NCBI GenBank assembly: GCA_963648745.1
Contig: CAVJEY010000004.1
Location: 1-39,812 of the forward strand
Reading direction: 5' to 3'
Length of the DNA: 39,812 nucleotides
From: Christensenellaceae bacterium Phil1
GTDB lineage: Bacteria > Bacillota > Clostridia > Peptostreptococcales > Anaerovoracaceae
Each line of letters begins with the position of its first letter. The first letter of the stretch is position 1. The notes below the pieces were generated by a model that did no database searches, was not told the origin of the DNA, and saw nothing but the letters and a program-made list of their open reading frames with translations. Shown here in pieces: positions 15,631 to 24,014 of this stretch. The position numbers and the translations under genes are program-made.

Positions 15631-17454
15631 CTACATATATTTCTCAAGCTGAGCCATAACAGTATCAGCCGCCTCAGCCACAGATAAACCTTCGGTATCT
15701 ACAGTAATATCAGGCGATACAGGCACTTCATATTCACTTGATATTCCTGTGAAATCAGGAATTTCTCCTGATCTCGCTTTTTTGTAAAGACCTTTTACAT
15801 CTCTTTTTTCGCAGGCCTCAAGAGATGTGCTTACATACACTTCTATGAAGCTTTCACCGATTATGTCAGCCGCATTTTTGCGGTCGGCCTCATACGGTGA
15901 TATGAATGAGGTCAGGACTATAAGACCGGCATCATTCATCAGCTTTGAAACCTCTGCAATACGCCTGATGTTTTCCACTCTGTCAGCCTCAGTAAAGCCA
16001 AGGTCCCTGTTAAGGCCCATTCTCACATTGTCACCGTCAAGCAGCATTGTGTGCCTGCCGCGGGCCGCGAGGCGTTTTTCCAACTCGTTTGCAAGAGTTG
16101 ATTTGCCTGAACCCGAAAGCCCCGTAAACCACAGAGTAAACGGTTTCTGTCCAAGTCCCGCAGCTCTTGTTTCCCTTGTTATGTCCATATTGTGCCATGT
16201 CAGATTGTCTGCCCTTCTGAGAGTATGCCTTACAACTCCGCAGGCGGATGTCATATGAGTCACAACATCTATAAGGATGAAGCTTCCCATCGTCCTGTTT
16301 TCATCAAAAGGCGCAAGCACTGTTTTGTCCGATACCGATATGTCGCAGCAGGCAATTTCATTTTTAACAAGAGTGTCAGCCTCTAAGTGAAGCCCGCTGT
16401 TCACATCAACTTTGTATTTAATGTTCATTACCGAAGCTGGAAGCGTCCTGGTTCCCAGCTTGAGCAGATAGTTTCTGCCTGCAACAAGCCTGTCCTCATC
16501 CATCCACAGAATATCTGCCGTAAACATATTGCTTACCTGCAGGTGCTCTCCCGATGACAGAACGCAGCCTCTTGAAACATCTATCTCCCTGTCAAGCTGC
16601 AGCGATACAGGCTGGCCCGCTATGGCCTCCTCTGCATCTTTTCCCGCCGCAATTATCCTTCTTACCTTTGCTTTTTCACCGCTTGGAAGTGAGGTTACCT
16701 CATCTCCCTCCGCAATTTTACCTGCTTCTATCTGACCCTGAAATCCTCTGAATGTATGATCTGGTCTTGACACTCTCTGCACAGGCATAATAAATGCATC
16801 GCCAGCCTCCTCTAAGGAAACATCTATGTTTTCGAGGTATTCCAGCAGTGGCGCTCCCGTGTACCAGCTCATATTCTCGGATTTTCCGGTTATATTGTCG
16901 CCTATGGTTGCAGATACAGGTATAATCTGCAGGCTCTCATAGGAGAACTCGGCAAAGAACTCGTTTATCACTCCCGCAATTTCATCAAATTTCTCTCTGC
17001 TGTAATCTATAAGGTCCATTTTGTTTACTGCAATTACGAAGTGCCGTATTCCCATCAGAGAGCATATGCGCGCGTGCCTTCTGGTCTGCACCAGCACTCC
17101 CTGCGAGGCATCGACAAGTATTACCGCAAGATCCGCAAATGACGCGCCTACTGCCATATTTCTTGTATATTCCTCGTGACCGGGCGTGTCCGCAACTATG
17201 AAGCTTCTTTTTTCGGTTGTAAAATATCTGTATGCGACATCTATTGTGATGCCCTGCTCGCGTTCGGCCATAAGCCCGTCAAGCAGCAGAGAATAATCTA
17301 TGCCGCCGCCTGCGCTTCCCACCCTGCTGTCAAGTTCAAGTGCTCTTTTCTGGTCTGTGAATATCAGCTTGGCATCATAGAGCATATGACCTATAAGGGT
17401 GGATTTCCCGTCGTCCACACTGCCGCAGGTTATGAATTTAAGTAAATCTGCCAT
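15631..17454 (-). CDS. cysNC: Bifunctional sulfate adenylyltransferase subunit 1 / adenylylsulfate (APS) kinase (CysN-CysC fusion)
   Basis: N-terminal GTPase G1 motif GSVDDGKST plus DTPGH. The C-terminal APS kinase P-loop is GLSGSGKST. The start overlaps the cysD stop codon by 1 nt. Confidence 0.92.
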   Translation of the reverse strand: MADLLKFITCGSVDDGKSTLIGHMLYDAKLIFTDQKRALELDSRVGSAGGGIDYSLLLDGLMAEREQGITIDVAYRYFTTEKRSFIVADTPGHEEYTRNMAVGASFADLAVILVDASQGVLVQTRRHARICSLMGIRHFVIAVNKMDLIDYSREKFDEIAGVINEFFAEFSYESLQIIPVSATIGDNITGKSENMSWYTGAPLLEYLENIDVSLEEAGDAFIMPVQRVSRPDHTFRGFQGQIEAGKIAEGDEVTSLPSGEKAKVRRIIAAGKDAEEAIAGQPVSLQLDREIDVSRGCVLSSGEHLQVSNMFTADILWMDEDRLVAGRNYLLKLGTRTLPASVMNIKYKVDVNSGLHLEADTLVKNEIACCDISVSDKTVLAPFDENRTMGSFILIDVVTHMTSACGVVRHTLRRADNLTWHNMDITRETRAAGLGQKPFTLWFTGLSGSGKSTLANELEKRLAARGRHTMLLDGDNVRMGLNRDLGFTEADRVENIRRIAEVSKLMNDAGLIVLTSFISPYEADRKNAADIIGESFIEVYVSTSLEACEKRDVKGLYKKARSGEIPDFTGISSEYEVPVSPDITVDTEGLSVAEAADTVMAQLEKYM

Positions 17455-18359
17455 CAGAAATATCCCTCCCTTTTGCGTCTTTCCATGCTGCCTGCCGCCT
17501 CGTGATCTATAACTCTGCTGGTTCTCTCCGAGTTTACGGCTCCTAATGTCTCCTCGATTATCTTATCGAGGGTATCGGCATCAGACTCGCATCCGCCTGT
17601 CAGCGGATAGCAGCCTAAAGTTCTAAAACGGACTTTTTTTGTTACTATTTTATCGTCAGGACCGAGATATTTCCTGATACGGTCATCATCTATCATAATT
17701 ATGTTGCCGTCTTTTTCGACCACCGGTCTTTCTTTGGCAAAATAAAGCGGCACTATATCTATGTTTTCTCTTCTTATGTACTGCCATATGTCTTTTTCAG
17801 TCCAGTTCGAAAGAGGGAACACTCTGATACTTTCACCTTTGTTTATGCTTGTGTTAAACAGCTTCCACATCTCCGGGCGCTGATTTTTGGGATCCCAACC
17901 GTGAGATTTGTTTCTGAAAGAGAATATTCTCTCCTTGGCTCTGGATTTTTCCTCATCTCTCCTGCCGCCGCCGAATGCCGCTGTAAATCCGTATCTGTCA
18001 AGAGCGTCTTTGAGAGCCTGTGTTTTCATAATGTCGGTATATGCCGCCCCGTGCTCAAACGGATTGATGCCTCTTGCGATGCCGTCCTCGTTTCTGTAGA
18101 CAATCATCTCAATTCCAAGCTCCGCTGCCCTGCGGTCACGAAATTCTGTCATTTCTCTGAATTTCCATGTAGTGTCGATGTGCATAAAAGGAAACGGCGG
18201 CTTTTCGGGATAAAAAGCTTTCATTGCAATATGAAGCATTACCGAGCTGTCTTTTCCTATCGAGTAGAGCATTACGGGTTTTTCGCACTCTACCGCAACC
18301 TCTCTCATTATGTATATGGCTTCCGCCTCCAGTTTATCAAGATGTGTTAATTGTGACAT
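17454..18359 (-). CDS. cysD: Sulfate adenylyltransferase subunit 2
   Basis: 301 aa with the PAPS-reductase-fold ATP-PPase motif ([12 protein letters not shown]). Classical CysD length and termini. Confidence 0.92.
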   Translation of the reverse strand: MSQLTHLDKLEAEAIYIMREVAVECEKPVMLYSIGKDSSVMLHIAMKAFYPEKPPFPFMHIDTTWKFREMTEFRDRRAAELGIEMIVYRNEDGIARGINPFEHGAAYTDIMKTQALKDALDRYGFTAAFGGGRRDEEKSRAKERIFSFRNKSHGWDPKNQRPEMWKLFNTSINKGESIRVFPLSNWTEKDIWQYIRRENIDIVPLYFAKERPVVEKDGNIIMIDDDRIRKYLGPDDKIVTKKVRFRTLGCYPLTGGCESDADTLDKIIEETLGAVNSERTSRVIDHEAAGSMERRKREGYF

Positions 18360-19483
18360 ATCTGTTCCTCTATTTCATATCCGAAGTAATCAAAATAAAA
18401 TTTAAGCTCCCTGTTTATTTTTGCTTTGAGCGAAGGACTCAGAACAAGCCTGTTTGGTCTGTACTCCTTCTGTGTGTCCTGATAGCTTTCAAAATACGGC
18501 TCTGCCCTGTCAAATCCGTCAAGGTGAAGCTGCTCATATATATATTTCATGTTTTCAACCGGAGTTTTAACAAAGCTCTCATGCCTTATCAGCACAAGAT
18601 CGCCCTCCGGAATATTTTCGATATCCCTGAGCATTTTAGTATTCATTTTTTTGAACACCTCTATGGCTGCGTTTTCAATCATCTCTCCGTCTGCCATTCC
18701 CTCAAGACTCATAAGCTCCATCATTGACGTCAGAGCTTTGATTACCGACGGCACTATCTTGTACGGATTCCTGCTTATAAGTATGAATTTGCTTCCGGGA
18801 TATTTCTCTGTCAGTTTATCCACATTGCAGGAATTGTCCGGGCTTTTTAATACAAGCTGTCTGCCGTGTTTGACGAGAGTTGTTTTTTTGAGAAGAAAAT
18901 CATATTTGCGCTCCCACTCTCTCTGCAGCTTATCGCTCATTTCATCGGTATACAGCGTTGACAGATACTCTCTGTAGTTTTTGGGAAATACCATCATATG
19001 ATTAAACGAGTGCGTGGTGTATGTGGACAGAGCGTACAGATCCTCCATGGGAAGATCAAGTCTGTACTCCATATTGTCCATGGGTCTTGCATCCACCAGA
19101 ATTTTTTCCTGCGCATATTTCAGAAGCCAGCCAAGAAGTATGCTGTTGTTAAATGTAACAGTGCTTACAGGGTCAAGCCATCCAAACTGCGGATCTCTTG
19201 ACATTGTGTACTGCACATTGGTGGTTCCAGACCTCCATATGCCTATTATATGTACCGGCGGCTTTTTTATCTTTGTCAGTTTTACCGGTATATACATTAT
19301 GAGAAGCTCCAGCAGCGCAAACGGGAAAAGAATCAGACTCATAACGGTTATATATATAACCTGCGGGATTTTTCCCGGCGATATATCCCTGATATTTCTG
19401 AAAAGCAGCCTTAGCCATATGTCAAATCTGGCCGCCGCAAGGTAATGTGCTGAATTGATTAACGGTTTTTTCTTTTTTGTCAT
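18347..19483 (-). CDS. PAPS-dependent sulfotransferase-family protein with an N-terminal hydrophobic segment
   Basis: 5'-PSB motif IWRSGTT and a 3'-PB-like RNPYKIVPS. The ATG at 19483 is preceded by AAAGGAAG (the track start at 19504 is TTG). The 3' end overlaps cysD by 13 nt. Confidence 0.75.
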   Translation of the reverse strand: MTKKKKPLINSAHYLAAARFDIWLRLLFRNIRDISPGKIPQVIYITVMSLILFPFALLELLIMYIPVKLTKIKKPPVHIIGIWRSGTTNVQYTMSRDPQFGWLDPVSTVTFNNSILLGWLLKYAQEKILVDARPMDNMEYRLDLPMEDLYALSTYTTHSFNHMMVFPKNYREYLSTLYTDEMSDKLQREWERKYDFLLKKTTLVKHGRQLVLKSPDNSCNVDKLTEKYPGSKFILISRNPYKIVPSVIKALTSMMELMSLEGMADGEMIENAAIEVFKKMNTKMLRDIENIPEGDLVLIRHESFVKTPVENMKYIYEQLHLDGFDRAEPYFESYQDTQKEYRPNRLVLSPSLKAKINRELKFYFDYFGYEIEEQICHN

Positions 19484-19553
19484 ACTTACTTCCTTTTCTG
19501 CCAATAACCCACGCTCTATTATATTCCCGTAAAATAAACTGAAAATAAACTAA

Positions 19554-19588
19554 CCACCCTGTCCGGCGTATTCTGCCCGGCAGAGTGG
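19554..19588 (-). terminator. Imperfect GC-rich hairpin followed by a T-rich tract, between sulP and the sulfotransferase gene
   Basis: On the minus strand, CCACTCTGCCGGG..CCGGACAGGGTGG is followed by TTAGTTTATTTTCAGTTTATTTT. A TATAAT box (19518-19523) lies downstream of it. Confidence 0.3.
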
Positions 19589-19611
19589 TCAGCTGCTGTA
19601 TATTGATATCT

Positions 19612-21255
19612 TTACATATGCTCCTGCTGTGCAATCACTATTGCCTGTTCTGCACTCTGGAACACGTACTGCTCACCTATGATATCTATGAGTCCTCCTC
19701 TTCTCATTGCGTCAAGCACCTTAGGCTGCACGCTTGTAAGGTACACCTCTGTACCGTTTGCCTCAAGCTCTCTGACAAGATCTATCATGGCCTCTATTCC
19801 CGAAAGATCTATCATAGGCACTCCTCTCATTGAAAGTATCAGAGCCTCGGCACTTTCCTGTTTTCTCAGCTGTCTGACAAGTTTGTCAACCACCGCAAAA
19901 AATATGGTTCCGGTAAGGTATGCAATTCTGACCTTGCCCGATATCGAAGGCAGATGAACCCCGACCTCATCCAGCCTGTCTTTGTCTATTTCACTTACCG
20001 ATATATCGATGTCCGTAAGCTTCACGATGATAAGGAACGATGAGAACGCAACCCCTATTATTATTGCCTGGGTTAAATCCAGCACCACCGTTGCAATCAT
20101 CGTTATAAAGAATTTGAGCATTCCCGATTTGAATTTGTGGTCAAATATGAAATGTATGTTTTTCCAGTCGTTCATTCTCCACGCGGTGACAATAAGTATT
20201 CCCGCCAGCGCCGAAAGCGGCACCTCAGACATTACAGGGGAAAGCACAAACATTGAAAGCAGCAGAATCACAGCATGGAATATGCCTGTTATTCTGGTCT
20301 GGCATCCCGATTTGATGGCAACGCTGGTTCTTGCTATGGCCGCTGTTGCAGGTATGCCGCCAAAAAAAGGTATAATCATATTGCCTATGCCCTGCGCAAT
20401 CAGTTCTCTGTCCGCATTAAGCTCTTCTTTTTTCATCCTGCCGGCTGATGCTCCGCAAAGCAGGCTTTCTATCATACCCAGCGCCGCAATGGAAAGCGCA
20501 GGAACAAACAGATCCCAGAACTGTGCCGTATTGATACTTCCCGGTGAAAGCCTTTCGTCAAGAAACAGGCTCTTTGGTATCTGGCCTACTGTTTCGACCT
20601 CAGGATTCAAGAAATGACATACAATAAGAACTAATATAAGGGCTGCAAGAGATGACGGTATTCTGTCATTGAGCTTCTTTGGCCATACAATCATTATGAC
20701 TATTACCGCTGCGCCGATTACAACAGCCTCCCAGTTGGGGGCAAAACCGTTTGTGAAATATGAAATCACCCTGGTTATTGCAAGATCGCCCGAAGATGTG
20801 ACCCCGAAGAAATTATCAAGCTGTCCCAGCGCGATTATGAGAGCTATGCCTGATGTGAATCCTGTAATTACAGATGACGGAATATAGTAGATAACTCTGC
20901 CGAGTTTAAGAATACCGGCTGCAATCAGAATTATTCCTGCCATAAAACAGGCCGTAAGTATTCCCTGCATACCGTATTTTGAAGCTAAAGTGACAAGTAT
21001 GGCTGTCATTGCGCCTGTAGGCCCCGATATCTGAAATGAAGCCCCCGAAAAAACACTTATTATAATGCCGCCGATTATGGCTGTGACAAGGCCTGCCGCT
21101 GCAGTTGCCCCGGAGCTGACACCAAATGCAAGAGCCAGCGGAAGCGCTACGGCTGCAACCGTGATACCTGACATTAAATCCTTTGAGAGCTTCCTGCCAT
21201 TATAGCCCGAAAACTCTTCTCTTAAATCCGAAACATAATCTTTAACAAGATGCAT
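19612..21255 (-). CDS. SulP-family anion (sulfate) permease with a C-terminal STAS domain
   Basis: 547 aa, polytopic, followed by a STAS-like C-terminus (ALILSMRGVPMIDLSGIEAM..LEANGTEVYLTSVQPKV). RBS is GGGAGG. Confidence 0.9.
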   Translation of the reverse strand: MHLVKDYVSDLREEFSGYNGRKLSKDLMSGITVAAVALPLALAFGVSSGATAAAGLVTAIIGGIIISVFSGASFQISGPTGAMTAILVTLASKYGMQGILTACFMAGIILIAAGILKLGRVIYYIPSSVITGFTSGIALIIALGQLDNFFGVTSSGDLAITRVISYFTNGFAPNWEAVVIGAAVIVIMIVWPKKLNDRIPSSLAALILVLIVCHFLNPEVETVGQIPKSLFLDERLSPGSINTAQFWDLFVPALSIAALGMIESLLCGASAGRMKKEELNADRELIAQGIGNMIIPFFGGIPATAAIARTSVAIKSGCQTRITGIFHAVILLLSMFVLSPVMSEVPLSALAGILIVTAWRMNDWKNIHFIFDHKFKSGMLKFFITMIATVVLDLTQAIIIGVAFSSFLIIVKLTDIDISVSEIDKDRLDEVGVHLPSISGKVRIAYLTGTIFFAVVDKLVRQLRKQESAEALILSMRGVPMIDLSGIEAMIDLVRELEANGTEVYLTSVQPKVLDAMRRGGLIDIIGEQYVFQSAEQAIVIAQQEHM

Positions 21256-21292
21256 AAATCCTCCCTGTGTATATTAAAAGTAACTACTTTGC

Positions 21293-21301
21293 ATTATATC
21301 A
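21293..21301 (-). promoter_or_regulatory. Extended -10 promoter element TGATATAAT upstream of sulP
   Basis: Read on the minus strand, about 40 nt upstream of the ATG. No good -35 element. Confidence 0.4.
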
Positions 21302-21328
21302 CAGTTTTTCGGTATTTGTTTGCTGTCA

Positions 21329-21343
21329 TGTATACGGTATACA
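21329..21343. promoter_or_regulatory. 15-bp palindrome TGTATAC-G-GTATACA upstream of the sulP promoter
   Basis: Perfect 7-bp arms read directly. Candidate operator. Confidence 0.35.
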
Positions 21344-21365
21344 GCTCAGCAACAAAGTGCATCCG

Positions 21366-21424
21366 GCCAATCGTCGGAAAAATTATCAGCCAATCGTCGG
21401 AAAAATATTTGGCCAATCGTCGGA
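21366..21424. repeat. Three direct copies of GCCAATCGTCGGA with an exact 23-bp period (21366, 21389, 21412)
   Basis: Read directly. The first two copies are identical over 18 nt (GCCAATCGTCGGAAAAAT). They lie between divergent sulP and the AAA ATPase gene. Confidence 0.9.
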
Positions 21425-21495
21425 TTTTTGTTGTATATTTTGATTTTCAGAGTATAATATAGGTAAATACTTAAGTAGGAAGCAGGTATTTTCAA

Positions 21496-22752
21496 ATGAC
21501 AGACTATAAACATAGAGTAGCCGATGACATTTTAATCAGGAAACTTGAAGGCAAAGGTGCCGTGCTTATTGAAGGTCCTAAATGGTGCGGCAAAACAACT
21601 ACTGCGGAGCAGGTTGCAGCAAGCGTCCTATATATGGACAATCCCGAAAAGAAACAGCAGAACATAGCAATGGCAGAACTTAATCCTTCCAGGCTGCTGG
21701 CAGGTAACGTACCGCGGCTTATTGATGAATGGCAGCTTGCTCCTAAACTGTGGGATGCAATACGTTTTCAGGCTGATCATCGCGGTCTCACAGGTCAGTT
21801 CATACTTACAGGTTCTTCAGTGCCTGCTGATACTTCTGAAATAACTCATTCAGGCACCGGCCGGTTCACATGGCTTACAATGAGACCGATGAGCCTGTAC
21901 GAGTCGGAAGACTCCAGCGGTGATGTGAGTCTAAAGTCACTGTTTGACAGCCATACAGATATTGACGGGCAGTCGCACCTTGATATTGAACGGCTTGCAT
22001 TTCTTACATGCAGAGGCGGCTGGCCGCAGTCAATCAGAATGCGTGATGAAACAGCACTGGATCAGGCGTTTGATTACTATGATGCCGTAGTTCACTCCGA
22101 CATAAACCGCGCTGATAATATCGTCAAAAATCCCGAACGCGTAAAACGTCTGATGCGTTCATATGCGCGCAACCAGGGCGGACAGATACCCAACACTGTA
22201 ATTGCTCAGGATATCGCTGCCAATAAAGAAACTGCTGCACTGTATATCAGTGCTCTGAAAAAAATATTCGTTATAGAGGATATGCCCGCATGGAACCCTA
22301 ATCTGCGTTCTAAAACAGCAATACGTTCATCGGATACACGTTATTATACAGACCCTTCAATTGCTGCTGCCGCACTTGGTATCGGTCCTCAGGATCTGTT
22401 AGATGATCTTAATACTTTCGGGTTTTTATTTGAGACATTATGCATCAGAGATCTCAGGGTTTTTGCAGATGCTCTTAACGGTACTGTCTATCACTATCGT
22501 GACAAAAGCGGGCTTGAATGTGATGCCGTGGTTCACCTTAGAAACGGTTCCTACGGCCTTATAGAAATAAAGCTTGGCGGAGAACGTCTGATTGAGGAGG
22601 GTGCTTCAAACCTCACAGCCCTGTGCAGAAAACTTGACACCGATAAAATGAAAAAGCCTTCTTTTCTTATGGTTCTTACCGGTACCGGAGATTACGCATA
22701 CAGGCGCAGTGACGGCATCCTGATTGTACCCATAGGCTGTCTGAAAGACTAG
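21496..22752 (+). CDS. AAA-family ATPase with a DUF4143 C-terminal domain (AAA_14/DUF4143 type)
   Basis: Walker A GPKWCGKTT. The C-terminal LECDAVVHL..GLIEIKLG is the PD-(D/E)XK-like DUF4143 signature. Confidence 0.8.
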   Translation: MTDYKHRVADDILIRKLEGKGAVLIEGPKWCGKTTTAEQVAASVLYMDNPEKKQQNIAMAELNPSRLLAGNVPRLIDEWQLAPKLWDAIRFQADHRGLTGQFILTGSSVPADTSEITHSGTGRFTWLTMRPMSLYESEDSSGDVSLKSLFDSHTDIDGQSHLDIERLAFLTCRGGWPQSIRMRDETALDQAFDYYDAVVHSDINRADNIVKNPERVKRLMRSYARNQGGQIPNTVIAQDIAANKETAALYISALKKIFVIEDMPAWNPNLRSKTAIRSSDTRYYTDPSIAAAALGIGPQDLLDDLNTFGFLFETLCIRDLRVFADALNGTVYHYRDKSGLECDAVVHLRNGSYGLIEIKLGGERLIEEGASNLTALCRKLDTDKMKKPSFLMVLTGTGDYAYRRSDGILIVPIGCLKD

Positions 22753-22753
22753 A

Positions 22754-24001
22754 TTATACTTTAACTTCCGAGACAGGAGGCTTTTGCAGCATTACAGCCT
22801 CCTGCTCAAGTTTGCAGTCATTTATCAGCATATATTCCACAGCTTCACTGCATATCTCAGCATATTTTCTGTCATCTTCATCCTTATACTTTTCAAGCAG
22901 ATTTTCAAGCCTTTTTCTATCGCTTTGAGTAAGAGGTTTTGCAAACTCTCTGAACCTTTCCAAAGTATCTTTTCCCATATAAACAGGTTTAAAACCTATC
23001 CCGGTCTTTTCTCTTAAGTGATTGACAATATAGAAGCCTCCCGCATCAATATCACCAAAATGAAAATATGAACAGCCCGGATTATCATCATACACCTTTT
23101 TCAGGAAATTTCTTCTCGTCCTGTTATGAAACCCGCCCAGGTATATTACAAAATACTCACTGTTATTAAAGTCATGAAAGCTTGTAAGGTTTTCTACTGT
23201 TATAACCTTCCTGCCTGTCACGGCAACGCTGCTTAAATCTTTTAAGGTTTCAGAGGAAAGAGCCAGATCTCCCCTTATATTTTTCAGGTCAATATGCTGC
23301 CCTCCGAGAACAATTTCAGCGCAGCCTTTAATGTACACATATGTAGGAGTATTTACTATCCCGTTTTCTTCAAGAATATGTTCTTTTTCTTCAGATTCAC
23401 CATACTGATACAGCATGGACTGAACTTTACTTCTAAGTTCCTCGGCGGTTTTGGAATCATGAAAAAGCTTAATAGAAAAATCCCTTATATAGGTTTCTTC
23501 CTCATTTTCAAGCACTGCAGCAGCCATTTCAAGAAACTGCCGGTATTTTTCAATATCTCCATCATAAAATTCAACATTTCTGTTGCGTGCAATTCTTTTT
23601 TGCTGTTCTTTAAGATACAGAGTAAGGCTCTGATATCTGCTGTCTGTTCTGTCAGAGAGAATCCTGTCTATAACCGAAAGCAGCGACTCCTGTTTCTGCC
23701 TCCTCGGAACCCGTCCAAGCATACTGTAGCATTCACTGATTTTTTCATTTGCAAGAACAGCTTTTTTTATGGTTCCGTTTTTTTCGTATTCCAGCCGGAT
23801 AACGCCCGCTTCTTCAATTTCCAGAAGAGAATCATTTATCTCCCTGAAAAGATCATATTCGGAGTCATCTGCATATTGGGGGAATTTTTTTGCTACGATT
23901 ACCGCAAAGTTCTGCGACACCCTGTTTTCCCCAAGATAGCTTCTGCTCCTTTCATATTTGTTCAAAAGTTCATTCAGTACTGTTTTCTGATACCTGTCCA
24001 T
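22754..24001 (-). CDS. jetD: Wadjet JetD (Toprim/Topo VI-A-like nuclease subunit)
   Basis: C-terminal Toprim motifs VITVENLTSF (Glu) and FHFGDIDAGGF (DxD). Fourth gene after the SMC-like jetC. Confidence 0.85.
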   Translation of the reverse strand: MDRYQKTVLNELLNKYERSRSYLGENRVSQNFAVIVAKKFPQYADDSEYDLFREINDSLLEIEEAGVIRLEYEKNGTIKKAVLANEKISECYSMLGRVPRRQKQESLLSVIDRILSDRTDSRYQSLTLYLKEQQKRIARNRNVEFYDGDIEKYRQFLEMAAAVLENEEETYIRDFSIKLFHDSKTAEELRSKVQSMLYQYGESEEKEHILEENGIVNTPTYVYIKGCAEIVLGGQHIDLKNIRGDLALSSETLKDLSSVAVTGRKVITVENLTSFHDFNNSEYFVIYLGGFHNRTRRNFLKKVYDDNPGCSYFHFGDIDAGGFYIVNHLREKTGIGFKPVYMGKDTLERFREFAKPLTQSDRKRLENLLEKYKDEDDRKYAEICSEAVEYMLINDCKLEQEAVMLQKPPVSEVKV

Positions 24002-24014
24002 TTCGTATCCCCTG

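Noticed and set aside
19982-20617. A 211-aa plus-strand ORF inside sulP. Similar antisense ORFs lie inside the cys, ABC, sulfotransferase and cotJ genes (for example 13904-14500, 18224-18727 and 38636-39139).
   Set aside because: All are embedded antisense to CDSs with strong family signatures, and none has recognisable motifs or an RBS.
21381-21390. A 10-bp identity (AATTATCAGC) between the left island border (21381-21390) and the right border (38200-38209), considered as a possible att core.
   Set aside because: A single 10-mer match between two AT-rich intergenic regions of about 230 bp each is close to chance expectation. No integrase or flanking imperfect repeats support it.
21366-21424. 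The three 13-bp repeats interpreted as a mini CRISPR array.
   Set aside because: The repeats are far too short, the spacers are only 10 nt and A/T-homopolymeric, and there are no cas genes.
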